DNA of 64,000 nt from Camelus dromedarius (taxonomy: Eukaryota): contig NC_087472.1 of the NCBI RefSeq assembly GCF_036321535.1, forward strand, positions 94,986,001 through 95,050,000, read 5' to 3'. A program made the translations under genes and the position numbers. Shown piece after piece: positions 26,096 through 40,648 of the stretch; within the stretch, counting starts at the first letter, position 1; every line of letters begins with the position of its first letter. Under the pieces are notes generated by a model. That model was not told the origin of the DNA. It searched no databases and saw nothing but the letters and a program-made list of their open reading frames with translations.

Positions 26096-27999
26096 ATGGT
26101 GGGCTTCTGATCAGAGGACCCATTTTAAAAATAAGCAAAACAAATGTAAACACTTGAATGCCTGTTGTCTTGTCCAATAATATGGGACTTAGCATGAAGA
26201 TATTCTTACTACTTACCGTACTCTGAATTTGAGCACCATTACTGACAAGTGATCCTGAAGTGAACTGTGTATTGAAATACTGATAAGTATCTCATTTTTT
26301 TCTGGGGGCACTGATTTTCTTGGTAGCCTATTTAGTAACCAAGTCCTTCTAGGAGGTGACATCCTTAGTGATAAAAACAGGAAACCTGACATCCTACTAA
26401 CCTGTGTTTATAATTGGGTTTTCTCCTAACTGTGTGACATTGACTGTTGTTTACTTTGAGTCTCAGTTTCCTTTTCCATAATATGGACAAAAAAACTGAC
26501 CTCAGTAAGAGATATGTAACATATAGCCAGAGGTCAAGAAATAGTACTTATTGCTATTACCATTAATATTGTTAGTATCATTAATATAATATTTAGTAAT
26601 TATCCAAGAGAATGGAGTATTAATTTTTTTCAGTGTCTTGTCCTTAGGCTGACTATCTGCCTAGATGTCAACCATAATGTTGCCCTCTGCTCACTTAGTA
26701 GGATGTCTGTTTGACTTCTCTGCCCGGGGTGGCTTCATTTATATTATCAACCCCTCTCTCCATCAAGAATTAGTCCATCCCTCACATGTATCTATGTATA
26801 TGTGACAGCCATTAAGAAAAATGAAGAGAGAAAATGATAGTGGCAATATAATAGCATCTAACCAAAAAAAAAAAAGATAGATAAAATCATGGGTTCGTTC
26901 AACCCAGTGATTTCTTGTTACACCTATAGTAATTTATAATAAGCTTAAATTTCTCGTTCAGTGTCAGGTCCTTTCATGTCCAGGACTTAGCTTTTCAATA
27001 TCTGTGGGGTTCATTTGATCTGTTTCTTGATTCAAACTTAGGTTCAAGAAAAGTGTCTTTTAAAAGCGTGCAGAGCCATCTGCTTAATAGCTAGACTACA
27101 AGCAAAGAGACTCGGTAAACACATTGGGCTGTCACTCAGTTATGGCTCTATTGTGAATAACATATTCGTTTTGTATTCATTAAGCTTCTTAGGGATAACC
27201 TAATACAAATTTTTAAAGATTTTTTCTTTCTTTCATATTGGTAAAGATAAACAGAATTCCTAAGACGCATCTTGATCTGTCTGTGGAACTTAGGATATGT
27301 TCGTTGAACAGAATCATGAAAAGAGCACGACACATTTTCTTTCAATTTGTAGCAACAGTTACTGTGTTGTATAGTATTTTATAGTATTGACCTTCATACT
27401 ATTTCTCTTCAAATTCCTCATGTCAATTTCATTCAACATCCAGCTCTCTAAAAGTGTACCTGTTAAAAGTAATGACAAGTAAAAACCACTGAAGCCATGA
27501 CATTAACTGGAAAGGAGATGTGTTTGTGATATTTAAATTGAGCATCACTTCCAAAAGCTTATGATTTTCAGTCATCCCTAACGTCTTTTAGTCCTTTTCC
27601 ATATAGTGCATTGTCGAGTGGAGATCTGATTAATTTGATTGCTGTGGATAACCTCTAGGTGTGCTTTAAGGTTCTATGGAGCCCTCATTTCCAGGAATTA
27701 ATATTCACAGTGTGTAGTAAATCACTTGTGCTCATGGCTCTAACTGTTCACCTTTCCTTGTATCCTTGCCCTTTTCCAAAGAGTGTCACAGTTCCTTCTC
27801 ACTCTGACAGGTTGTTCTAGTCCCCTCCTTGTTTCAAGACTTCTCCATGTGACTTGCTTTGTCCAATAGGGTGATAGCAGACTTGACCCAAGCAGAGGCT
27901 TGAAAAGGTACTTGTGTATTTCTACTCCCTCTCTTGCTCATCTGCTTTGCCTTGAGACCATGCCTACTGAGACACAGAGAATTGAGTCATCACTCAAGA

Positions 28000-28520
28000 A
28001 GGAGTGATACAGACATCAGGAAAGGCCTAAGAGAGGAAGTGATATGAATATTGAGCTGCCTCTTAAAGATCAATAGGAATTTATTAGGTAGACTGTGGAG
28101 CAGAGCAGAAGGATATTCTGAGTGGAAGAAATGACATGTAAAGAACTATGAAGTTTGAAGAAACTTAGCATGCTTGAAAAACTCAGCTGGATGGGAACCA
28201 TATGATCACAAAGGTCATTGTATGGCATGCTAGGAGCTTGGGTTATATCTTGCAATTTTGGCAGTGGGGTGTTACTGAAGAGTTTTTTTAGTACATGTTG
28301 GTTGGTATCACTTTAAAATGAATATTTTGGCAGCAGGTTCAAGGATGGACTAGAGATTGCAGAAATTGAAGGAAGAGAGCCTGAATGGGATATGATTGAA
28401 GTGGTCCAGGTGAAAGATGGTTCCAGGTTCATGGGATTATTCATTGAGATCGACAGCATACTTAAGAGAAAGCAAGCTTTGGTTGAAGCAGGGAAAAGAA
28501 AGTGTGCCATGAACTCAGTT
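28000..28520 (-). mobile_element. L2 remnant
   Basis: 'gtggtccaggtgaaagatgg', 'gttactgaagagttttt'. Confidence 0.55.
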
Positions 28521-29199
28521 TTATCTTAATAGGATATGAAGACACATGAAGACAATGGTCTAAGTTAGTGGAGGAGCATAAATTTCATTAAATATAAGTT
28601 TTATCATGGTATCCCTAAACTGTGGTTTTATAGTTGAAAGTGGAAAATGATAAGTGAAAGAGGAAACAAACAGGGTTATATTATTCTTTGATCAATCTCT
28701 AGTAAACAGAACCTGAGGTGTGGGTTAAAAGATAATTTATTTAGGAGGTGGAAACCTAAAGCAGCATTCATGAAGAAAGGGCAAGTAAAAATGTGAAACA
28801 AAGTTTGTGTTACCCTGTTGGCTAACATTTCATGGCAAGCCAAGAAGAGAAACTAAAGGCTGTTTAGCAAGTGGGTCTACTCCACATCTGAGATTTCTCT
28901 GGATAGCCCATGAGGTGAAATTGGGCCTCAGAGTAGTCTCCATGAGTCATTACTAATCTTGTAGTATACTGTCTTATCCAAGTATGGAAGCAGTGATAGG
29001 AACTGGAAACCCCAGGTGTTGTGTTGGTCTACCTGGCCGTGTGATACGAACCAAGTGGGAGGGTCTAGCAGAGGCAGATGACTGATTGGCCCCTGTCCTC
29101 CATGGTGTGGTCCAAAACACTGGGGTACAATTGGAAGAAGGGAGACAGTGAAGGGAATCTAAGGAAGCTCATAAGCCTTGTATCCAATATGTCAACATG

Positions 29200-30252
29200 G
29201 CACAATCTAAAGAGCCTTAATTTTGAGTCAAAAAATAAAGCTGGAAAACTAGACAGGTAACACCACTTTAATAAAGTTTAACACAACAAAATAATGGAAC
29301 ATTTTAAAATAAATGCATGTGTATGTTAAAGTATAAAATAATAAGATGATAAACATTAATATCAGCAAAGAGATTATCTCTGACAAGAGGAAGGGGGGAC
29401 TATGATAAGGGAAAACTATAAAAGAACCTTGAAGTATATTTGTAATGGTTTGTTTCTGAACTTGGTTGGAGGAAGCTGGGTATTTTTAAAAGATTTTTTT
29501 TTGTTAGCATATTTTTAAAGTGAAATAATTTATTAGATAAAATGAAATAATGATGACTAAGACTTAGGGGCATTCATGTGAAACAGTACAAAAAACCTAA
29601 AGAAAAATAAAAGGAACAAAAATAAAACTTGAACAAACCAATGAATGATAGGAAAGAAGCTAAAGAATAAGAAATCATGTAAAGTAGGAAAAAATAGAAT
29701 GGCAAAAATATATCTAAACATATCCGTGATTACGCTAAATATGTATAAGCTAATTTGCCTATTTAAAAGATAACTTCTCAGATTGGTATTTAAAACAAGC
29801 AAAACTCAGCTATATTCTATTTACAAAGATATATTAGATAAAATGGTGGTGAAGACTGAAAATGAAGAGAAAATTATATATTAGACATAAGATAAGAAGG
29901 AAAAGCAAGAGCAGCCATATAAATAGCAGACAAAACAATATTCAAGGTCAAATAGGGACAGATTGATAAAAGTTGTTACAAATTCCATGAGTGACTTAAT
30001 GTAAAGGGAAAAGAACTTTCATGATGTTATCTGCATCTAACTGCACAATTGCACATATAAAAAAACAAATGTGAGCAACTCCTCCATGATCCAGAGGACA
30101 TGGACACACACATAATACCAGCAAGAACTGCTACAGACAGTGAGACGAGAGAATGGATCTGAGGAAATTGACAATTGGTATTCCTAAAGAAAATATGATA
30201 GTAACCAGCAGAAGCAATGGTGAAAGATTTAGTAGAGCAGTCTCTGTGATCT

Positions 30253-30322
<70 letters not shown>

Positions 30323-30750
30323 ATAAAACCCAAAGCAATAAAAATATACAATCTGAAAAGGCATACAAATTGTTCCTGGCAAAATTATTGAAAATTTCTT
30401 AAAACCAATATATATCCTTATTATTCTTTCTAAATTTCAAGGATGAAAAAAAAAAAGATCATACAAGGATTCAGCAGAAATATTTACATACAAAGAGAAA
30501 CCAATCTGAATACTTTCAGTATTCTTTTCCATGATGCTAAATACTAAAAACACTACATTTTCAAAGAAAGTAATTTTTGACTCTACACTTCTTAGAAACA
30601 GGTAAGAATTCATCATGTGTTAACCTGTTAACACACAAAAATGTTGCTTTTGACATATGTGGCCTCAAGCACATATTACCAGAGCATTCTTCCTTCATGC
30701 ATTGAGAATGAAGACTCAGACTCAGGAATGAAATTTTGGTTTTAAAAAAC
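29200..30750 (+). mobile_element. Old L1M remnants
   Basis: A-rich degraded L1 motifs ('tctcagattgg', 'tagcagacaaaacaatattcaagg'). Confidence 0.5.
30256..30321. repeat. (CA)n microsatellite, about 32 units
   Basis: Directly visible, uninterrupted. Confidence 0.97.
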
Positions 30751-30752
30751 AG

Positions 30753-31147
30753 TATATTAGTCCACTTGAGCTGCCATAACAAAATACCATAGACTGGGTG
30801 GCTTAAACAACAGATCCAGAGATTAAACACAGCTCAGGAGGTTAGATCAAGGTCAAGGGCCTCGTCACTTCCTGGTGAGAGCTGTCTTCTTGACTTGCAG
30901 ATAGCCAGCCACCTTATCGCTGTCCTCACATGGCCTTTCCTTAGTGCAAGCTAGTAGTGAGATAGCAGAAGAGCTCTCCAGTGTCTCTTTTAAGGACCCT
31001 ATTCCTATTGGTTCAGGTCCCCACCCTTTATGACTTCATTTAACTTTAATTACTTCCATAAAGGCCCTATCTCCAAATACAGTCACATCGGGGGTTATGA
31101 CTTTAGCATATGAATTTGGAAGGGACACAAACATCCAGTCCATAACA
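30753..31147 (-). mobile_element. MLT1A/B-type solo LTR
   Basis: 'gctgccataacaaaataccatagactgggtggcttaaacaacaga' ... 'catatgaatttggaagggacacaaacatccagtccataaca'. Confidence 0.85.
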
Positions 31148-33564
31148 GATAGGAAATGAACATTAAATCATTTAAACATAAATCTGATTAGGATTGTGTA
31201 TGTTCAATTAAAAATCAGTATCTTAAGTCTCAAAATATAAATATACCAAGTAAAATAATGCAATAAATAGATTTAGATTCCATGCTATATCAACAAAAGC
31301 CAAGACATGAAATAGGTTTAAGTGTCATAATTTTATGTTATTTTGTTAACTACTTTTCTAACTTGATAATGGTACATTTAATAATTTTTATTTTAATCTT
31401 TTCTTTTTTAAATCATCTAATTCTTATTATTTTATTATGCTAAAAGGTGATGATTTACTGTTTAAATGATGCCGGTACACTGTAATGGACTGTAAGCATC
31501 TGATAATTACTGTTAGCCTTTTTACAACATGTCTCTTGTAACTCTAAATTCGTTTACCAATAACATGAGAGATCTCTTCAATCAGCAATTTCATTGAATT
31601 ACATTAGTTAAACTCCCAAAGCATTTGTGATATCATTTTGGTTATTCAGCAGGCTTTTTGCCTGAAACTTCCTAGTACTTCTGCATACCTTAGGAAAAAT
31701 CACAATTACAGTCAAATACCCAGGAATGTTAAAATAAGAGCTTGCCATTTTCTTTTCTAGGAATTTTCAACATAACTTGTCTCTTTTATTGAAATTTAGT
31801 TTTGAAATCAGTTATTGAGCATAATTTATATGGGATCAATACCAAATTATTTTTAAAGGATATTAGGTTAAAAAAAAGCATGCTTTTAGTGTTCAAAAAT
31901 ATAAAATAGGAGTCTATGTCATAAAATTAATCTATAATTTAACTTATTACTGAATCCTTTTCTCATTTCATTTTCTTGTTTATATTGTACAAAAATAGAC
32001 AAAAGTGATACAATTGATTACCACAAATTTTAAATCATATTTTAAAATGTGACTGTATTCTTTGCTTTTTTAAAATTGATCAGTTAATCCATTTTATTTA
32101 GATCCATTTTATTTTTTTTCCTCAAATTACTGCAGAATGCAGAGGATAAACATTCTATATAATGCAATAAGGTAAATTATTTATGTTTGCCTTTCTGTTA
32201 TCAACTATTAAAAACAAAAAGCATTCCTCACAGTGTCATATATATTGGCCTTTAGAAAGAGAAAAAGATAGACAAAAGACTAAATTTACTACACAAAGTT
32301 TATATGGGTAGGACTGAACAGTTGAGATTTAAACATTCTGTGTAAAAGGATAATTAATGGAAATTGACATCTACTTTCTGAGCTGTAACTTGAAAATTGT
32401 TTTACACAGAACTTTAAGAAATTTATATATAAATACACACAATATACATATATAAGTATACATATATATGTATACTCTATTACAGATGTATTTTATGTCA
32501 TAGTAAATTTTAAAAAGCAGAAAAATTATATACTTGAAAATTTTTTTATCCTTCATTCATATATTTCTCTTAAGATGTTTCAACCTTGGCTCTTAATCCC
32601 TATTCCAGCCAGAAATTTCTTTAATTCCTGTGATTTCACATCCCAGTCACTCTTGGGCTTTGGAGATCTCTACTGTATTCTCTGTGTGTGGTCAGTAAAT
32701 TAAGTAAGAAAACATGGAAAACATTTCCGTAGAAGTTTTAAAAACCAGTCTTAGAAGTAATGTATGTCACTTCTGTCCATATGTCATTGGCTAGAATGCA
32801 ACCATATGGCCCCATGTAACTGACAAGAGGCAAAGAAATGCATGTATCTCAAAAGCAGAGAAGAAACATAGATATTGGTAAGAAACAACATTCTCTAACA
32901 CAATATTAAAAAAGAAGAGTTTTCTACCACAAGGATGTATCCATTATACTGAAGCCATTGACTAAATCAGAAAAGTGGATTTTGTCATCTTCCTCAGGAA
33001 TACAATAAGATGACCAATGGTCTTCACTTAGGTAACTTGAATTTGATCAAATACATAGATAGACTTTGTGCTAATCCTTTTGTTTACTTAACTCTGAGTA
33101 ATCTTTGTCCTAAATCTCTTCCATTGAAAGTAGGAAAAAAATCCCTTACCATTGTCAATCCATGGGCCTTCTTTACAATAATTTTTTTTTCCTGTGATAA
33201 AATTTCTACCTTCCTTAATAGTAGTTTTTTATTATTTTGGACTAACAGTTATTCATTGTGGAAATGATTTAATGTTTTTGATGATTTGTTATTTTTAATC
33301 TTACCTAATAGCAAACACATAACTATCTTGGTGATACATAGGCCCTGTGCTCAAAGGATGATAAAGTAACAGAAGATAAAGGATAAGTGGTATTAATTCT
33401 TTTGCCTAACAAAATTCATGTGAATTAAGGGGTACAAATGGGCAGTGATGATGCCACAATTAATAGCTCTCAGATGTAGAATTCACACTCCTGGATCAGG
33501 GCTCAGCTTCAGTATGGAAAATATAACCATTTTACTCTCATGTGCTTGCATTCTGTGTTTAAAG

Positions 33565-33766
33565 TCAGGGGTCAGCACTCTGCCTATTTTTGTAAATAAA
33601 GTGTTACTGGAACACAGCCATGCCCATTTATGTACCGTCTATGGCTTATTTCAAGTTACCATGGCAGAGCTGAGTAGCTGCGATGGAGACTGTATGTGGT
33701 ACACAAAGCTGAAAATATTTACTATCTGGACTTTTCCATGAAACGTTTGCCTACCCCCCCCCCTGC
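33565..33766. mobile_element. MER58A-like hAT element
   Basis: caggggtcagca...'tttgtaaataaagtgttactggaacacagccatgccc'...'aaaatatttactatctgg'. Confidence 0.85.
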
Positions 33767-35902
33767 TTTAAACCCATGAGGAGTGAACATTAAACTTCCT
33801 TTTACAATGACAAAGCTTCCATTTTTATCCCACAGAAAACAACTAAAAGCTATTAAAATCCAACTGTAACACCTGGTTAATAATGTCAGTTGTTTAGTTT
33901 CAAAAAGGTTCAAACTGAAATTGAATAAAAGAACACTGGGAAACCTTATTGAACAACATTTCTTTGTAATGATTTCCTGCCTGTGGAGGCCAGTTTTGAA
34001 TGTATTTTATAGTTGTCTTTCATTTACACATATATGAACACAAAGACAAATTGTCTATAAAATTACAGTTCTTAGTATCAGATATTTTATATTGCAGTGA
34101 TAGAAGTTTTAATATTTGTAAATAGTTTGAAAAATGGATATAAAGGGGCTGTAAAATGTGTCATAAATCTTACAGCTACCTGGGGCATGTTTTAAATAGT
34201 AGACCTATAAGGAGTTGCTAAAATAAGGCTTTACATCCTCAAACCTATTTGTGCAATAAATAATACATCATGCATTCCAATCTAAGTGGAGCATACTGAA
34301 GAGCCTAATTTCCATTTTAATCATAAGTATTAAAATTGTGTATAAGATTTTATTATTTAAGAAATATCTAAAACAAGATATAATGGTATAAGTTATTCTT
34401 ATCAAATGACTATATAAAAAGACAGATTAGCCCCATTAAGGGCAAATTTGCTGTACTTGCCAGGACCATTAAAAAGTAGGAAATTATATTTCATTATATA
34501 AAGTCTTCACATCTAACTTAAAAATTAAAATAAGAAATCTTAAATGATGATTGTCGAGTTCAGTTTCAAAATTACAATGAATTGTTTTTGTTTCACTGAG
34601 AGACACATGTATTTCAGAGTGTGGCACCCATCTATGCTGGGTTGTGAATTTTTTTTTCCATTTAAGTTGGGGGTGCTTCCATGATAAGTTCTAGTGATAC
34701 ATTGATGAAAACAGTAGACCCAATCTCTGCGATCTTAGAGCTGTAATAACCAGGGATTAAAAACAGATACCAAACTGGTCTTCATAAGTATGAGTTTTGA
34801 AGAAGAGTTGAATACTGCAGAGGGGGTGCCAAATCTAGGTTTATAAAATATATTTTTCCTACTTTCACATGGAAGCCATGGGACAACTTTTATAGAAATT
34901 TCTCTGACCCTTTATAGTGGTATTAATGATGAAAATGAATGAAGATGCAAACAAAATTTTATACATGGGTGTAAAAATTTTAATTAATTTTACTATTTTG
35001 GGAAACTGCTTTGTTAATGTGTTATACCTTGTAGTGATTTGTTTTATACGTATTCTTATAGAGTTTAGACATCTTGAGGGATGGTCACACAGTGTAAAAG
35101 GGACACCATCAGAGGTCAGTCTTGGTAAAAACTACAAAATAGGTGATTTACTCTCAAAGATCCTGCTGCCTCTCATAATCACATTCCTATTTGAAGCTTC
35201 TCCCAGCCGTTTATTAACTTTGTAGCAGTCCTGATTTTCCTAGGCAGCATTTCTAAAAGTATTTTACCAAACCAACCACAATAGGCTCAGTAGGGATGCT
35301 TGTTACAATATACAGATTCCTCAGCTAAATTTCAGTCTTACTCTATGAGATTCTGAGGGAGGTAGGCCTGGGAATCAGTCCAAACCTAATCATAGAAAGT
35401 AGGCCAGTGGTAGACATCATAATGTGTTATCCCTCTGAATTAGATATTGCCGTTTTAAGAGAGTTCTTCATGAGAAAATAACTTAAACTGGAAGAGAGTG
35501 TTAAGTTGGAAGGATTTCAGGTGAATTGGGAAGGTTATATAGATATGTGAGTGTTTGTTTTTTGCAAGGTGGGGATCTGGAGGCTCCATACTCGCTCAAG
35601 CTATATATGTAATTTTGACTTATTTAGCTTAGATTCCATTAGTGGGTTGTCTAATAGAGATCACTACTAGGAAATTTCCTAACATGGTAGGTAATGGCAT
35701 ATTTCCCTACAAATTTATGCAGTAATTTGAAGATTTTATACATTTTCCCATTTTTAGGAAAACCATGAATATTAGATAACTATTTCTTACCAAATCAGAC
35801 TGGTTGCCTGAATGACTAGTTTAAATATTTTATGTATTTAGAAATACGAGTTCTGTGATTTGGATATAGTTATTTTCTTATGTAACTCTTATGTTCAATG
35901 AA

Positions 35903-35940
35903 TACATAGTATTTCTTTTTTTTTTTACATAGTATTTCTT
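35903..35940 (-). mobile_element. Poly(A)-only retroposed insertion with 15-bp TSD
   Basis: tacatagtatttctt at 35903-35917 and 35926-35940 flanking T8. Confidence 0.7.
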
Positions 35941-36231
35941 AAAGCAAAATCTTTAACTACTTTTTTTTGAGTGTTTAAACCACCTAGAAATACAAGAAGT
36001 GATTATTGTTGATAAGAGTAAAGTCATTTTTGTTTGAAATCATTTTTTAAGAAAGCCACTTAGTAACTGGTAAGCACCTATTAAATCTAAACTTAAACCA
36101 ATGTATTTTATGAGGATTCAGAAATGAAAGGGGAACTTTATCATTTTGCTTACCAGAATAAGAAGAGGAAAATCCTACAGCAAATAAGAAAAAGGGACTT
36201 AGGATCGTAATGTTCCTTAGGCAAGCTTGAA

Positions 36232-36877
36232 AAAAACTGAGTGAAACATCTATACACTAACAAATTAAACGACCTAGAAGAAATGAAAAAATTCTTGGAA
36301 ACATACAACCTAGTAAGACTGAATCAGGAAGAAATAATCATAACAGGCCAATTACTAGTAAGGAGATTGAATTAATGATCAAAAATCTCCCATCAGGGAA
36401 AATCCCAGAACTATATGGCTTCACTGGTGAATTTTACCAAGCATTTACAGAAGAATTAATGCCAACCAATCCTTCTCAAACTCTTAAAAAAGAAACAAAC
36501 TACCAAGCTCATTTTACACAGCCAGCATTGCTTTGATATCAAAGCCAGGAAAGGACACTACAAGAAAAGAAAACTACAGATCAACATTCATGATGAATAT
36601 AGATGAAAAAATTCTCAATAAAATGCTAGCAAACCAAATTCATTAGCATATAAAAGGGATCATTCACCATGATCAAGTGGGACGTATCCCTGGGAAGCAA
36701 GGATGGTTCAACATACACAAATGAATAAATGTAATACATCACACAAATAGAATGAAAAAAAATTGTATGATTGTCTCAATTGACACATAAAAAGCATTCA
36801 ACAAAATTCAACATCCATTCATGATAAAAATTCCTAACAAATTAGGTATAGAAGGAATATACTTCAACATAATAAAG
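36232..36877 (+). mobile_element. Old L1 ORF2 (RT-region) fragment, disrupted
   Basis: 'gacctagaagaaatg', 'ggcttcactggtgaattttaccaa', 'catgatcaagtggga', 'aaaagcattcaacaaaattcaacatccattcatgataaaa'. Confidence 0.9.
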
Positions 36878-37135
36878 TGGTATTGGCATAGTGATTCCAA
36901 ACTATGTTGTGTACATCATAGGATGGTGCAAATGATTATTATGTTGATGTTATTATAAACCAAGCTTCTCATTTTGGAAAAAGGGAGACACAACTCTAAA
37001 GTAGGGGAAAGTCAGAAATAGCCTGTTAGGTTGCTTTTGAATTAGAGGTATCAGTGCAAGTTCCTTATGTATGGATTCTCTCTCTGCCTACTGAAAGAGC
37101 TTGGAAACAATGGCACTCATTGCAGTGAACACTGC

Positions 37136-37886
37136 TGTATCAGTCTGGGCCCAATCAGGAGAGAAATTGCAGTGTGGGTTAAAGAGGGGGAAGTTTGATC
37201 AAAATAATTATTAAAGTGGGATATAGGATTGCCTACTAGGTATAAAAACTCTATATGGGACTCTGGCTGAAGGAGAGTACCCAAAGAAGGACAAACTCGG
37301 TAGGGAGTCCCTCCCCAAATCTGGATTTCAGACCTCATTGGTGAAGGTACAATTCTGTCTACTAGGTAACAGAAAATTTTGCTTTTTTGCCAAAGCCAGA
37401 CCTGGTCTGCAATCACTGGACAAGTGGGAAGGAACCATTCAAAGTGTAGGCAAAGAGAAGGGCAGTCAGCAAACTCTGTGTGTGTGTGTGTCTTTGTGTC
37501 TGTGTGTCTGCAAAAGAGATAAAAACCCTATGGGCCACAGGTGAGCAGCATGGGGCACTGCAGAGGGAATTGGTAGCTGTAGGGAGGAAGCCTTGGAGGT
37601 ATTGATTTTGCCAGACCAAGGATACAAGGTTGCCAGGGACCATGCAATCCAGGTGCATTGATGGGGCACAGGTCAGCCATATGTCCTCCCACCTATACTG
37701 CTGTTTCACCGTGCCACAGAAGGGCCCTTTCCTCCTGAAGTGTCCCCCCAGTGCCCTCTTCTGAGAAAGTTTAACATCATGTTCACACTATAGAAAATAT
37801 GCTTAAAAGAATTTTGTGTATTATCATAGAATATATGTTAGTGTGTGCAACTGGAACTGAAAGGCAATAAGGTGATTACTATCACA
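37136..37886 (-). mobile_element. ERVL-type LTR inserted in an L1MC/MD 3' UTR
   Basis: tgtatcagtctgggcccaatcaggagag...atcaca ends; L1 3' UTR-like sequence on both sides. Confidence 0.6.
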
Positions 37887-39010
37887 ACACTTAATAACCA
37901 AACTTTTGTTTCTAAATACCATTACTCTTTAAAAAGACTGGAGCTCCTTGAATAAAAGACTGATTCTAGGTCTGGCTGTGGAAAGAAATGAGAGCTTGGC
38001 ACTTCTTACCGAAGACTTGCTCAAATATCAGCGTGGATATGTCAGCATGAATGGGCTCCCACTGACCAAATTTGGTTCAACTGAGCATCAAAAAGGATAG
38101 TGACAGTAAAGGCAGACAACTGGGGAAAGAATCCATTGAGTCATAGTAGTAGAGGGAATGGTAAAGGAAGGGAAATTTCTTTACAGAATGACAGCTAAAA
38201 ATAGATGGAATAAAACAATTAGAAGGTCACAATTAGCAATGAACAAAATGATAACTGGTTTAGGCAGGGATCATCCAAGTATGTTAAAACCATTGGGTGA
38301 AATTTCTTGGGGACTTGAATATTCACTATGTTGAGAAGTATCACCCCACTGATTAGGTATAACTGGAAAAGAAAACTGTACCTTTACAAAAGTTAAATGT
38401 CGAGAACTCCACCTGAACTAAGTTATCAACACAGTATCCCAAGTAATGGGGCAGGCTGACATTATGCCTCCTTGAGGTGAAGCAAAAGAAAATGTACATT
38501 ATCATTGTAAAAATTTTACCAAAAATATTTAGTCTGAATGTAATCAAGTGGAAACAATGAGAGAAATACAGATTATAGGACACTGTATAAAACAACTGAC
38601 CTGGATGCTGCCAAAATGTCAATGTAATGAAACACAAGTGAAGTGGTACTCTTCTGGATTAATTGACACTTTAGAAACATGACAACTAAATGCAATACAG
38701 AATCCTGCATTTTTTAAAAATGTAAAAACATTATTTGGAATATTGGGGTAGTTGAATATGATAATATTGTTGCATTAATAAATTTGTATGGTGTGAGATA
38801 ATATTTTGGTAATATACTTTGTTCTCAGGAGATCTGTGCTGATATATATGACATCACAGTTTACTTCCAAATGATTCAGCAAAAAACATGTTTATACATG
38901 AATGTACATAAATACAGAGGGAGACAGAGGCACTGTGCACAAATATGGCAATTAGTGGCACAGTATTAATTAGTGAATCTAAATGAGGAGACTACTAGTA
39001 TTTTTCTTTT
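37887..39010 (+). mobile_element. L1MC/MD 3' UTR remnant
   Basis: 'gaaaactgtacctttaca', 'acatgacaactaaatgcaatac', 'tgtttctaaataccatt'. Confidence 0.7.
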
Positions 39011-40099
39011 TTAAAACATACAGAAATCCCATCCTCCTCATTCGTCTCCCTACCCGACACATACGACACACAGACCAAAATATAAAATACACAAATAAAA
39101 GTAGTAGACTGAGTCCATCTAAATTAAGTATAGGTAATCACATGACTTCTGATTAAGGTATCAGAACTTAAAGCACAATGCATTTATTGATTTACTTGAT
39201 ATACTTGTGCTTGTTTAAATTTTATCATATGTGTTAATTTAAAGATAATATAAGCCATCTCACTCAATTTAGAAGAATTCTTAACCACAGTGGTTGCTAA
39301 AAGGGGGAAGTTTCCATTACCTGGAAAATTCAGTTATTTGATATCTGCTTGACATCTGAAAAATGAATCTGTATAGTAACTGTTTTTGTTTTAATCTACA
39401 ATTGTATGCATTTAAGAAGCTTTAGCACTTTGAAGAGAACTTACCCAATGCAAATGTCATCATCTCCATTGAAGCCTTGGTTATCTCACCTCATCCTTGC
39501 TTATAGACAGTTTTCTGTGTATTTTATCTCTCCCCTCATAAACAATGTGGCTTTTGTGGGCACACACCATCCATAACACATTTTTTGTGTAACGCATAAG
39601 ACATACTGTATTTCCTGGCACTCTAAGAGCTCCAAAATCAAGGCTAAATAAAACAAAAACAAACACTCTACAACCGGGAAATTTACACTCTGAGACATTT
39701 GGTAATTTCTATAGCTCTTTATAACCGCCAGTATAAGATATTATCACCTTAAAGACATTTCCAATTCAAAATATTTTTAATCATTCCCAAACTTTACATA
39801 TCAAGATATCACAGTAGTTATGGTAGATATCCCAGTAATGGCTGCCAAACTCTCAGTAGGACTGACAGTGGGAGGAAACATGGTTTTGGAACATTACATA
39901 TCTTCCTCAGTGAGAATTCAGCTTGGCTGATGAAATATTTGTGAAAAGGATTTCACAGTGGTTGAATTAAGACTGCTATACCTTAGTGTATGCCTTTTCC
40001 CTTGTTACAAAGTTGACTTTCTCAGAGGGTAGCTTTCTATTTAAATTATTTTTCTCATTGAAATGACAAGCTTCCCTAATTTGTCAGATATAGCAATTT

Positions 40100-40648
40100 C
40101 ATAAGATGTTCTCAGATTCATTGACACATCTACCACCAAGAAATACATCCTGTTTTCTTGAACCTAGGCTGGCCTTAGTGATTCTCTCATACACAGTAGA
40201 TTGTGGTGGAGGAGATACTGCGTGACTTTAGAGACTAGGGAATTACACGCAGTGCTGCTGCTGCCGTGCTCAGTGGGACATTTACTTTCAGAGGCTTGAG
40301 TTGTCATGTAAGAAATCTGACTACCCTGAGGTCAGCATGCTCTGAGGAAGCACACACACATGGAAGGGCCTGTTTAAGTGTTTCAGTCAAAAGGCACAGC
40401 CGAGGTCCAGACTGACAGCTAGCATCAAGCACTAGAAATGGGAGTGAAGGTACCTCCAGATAATTCCAGTTCCCAACCACTGTCTCATCCCTACTGTGGA
40501 GTCTCCCTTACTGAGGCCCCAGGCATTCTGAATTACAGACAAGCCATTCTCACTGTACCCGTTCTGAATTACTGACCACAGAATCTAGACATTTTAATAC
40601 GTTTGTTTTAAGCTAGTTTTTTTTTTTTTTTTTTTGTGATTTTTCATA
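40100..40648 (+). mobile_element. MLT1-type LTR
   Basis: 'cttgaacctaggctggccttagtga', 'gtaagaaatctgactaccctgagg', 'ttctgaattactgaccacagaatc'. Confidence 0.7.

Noticed and set aside
30131..30382. ORFs with CVCVCV repeats (also 10742-10975)
   Set aside because: Translations of dinucleotide microsatellites.
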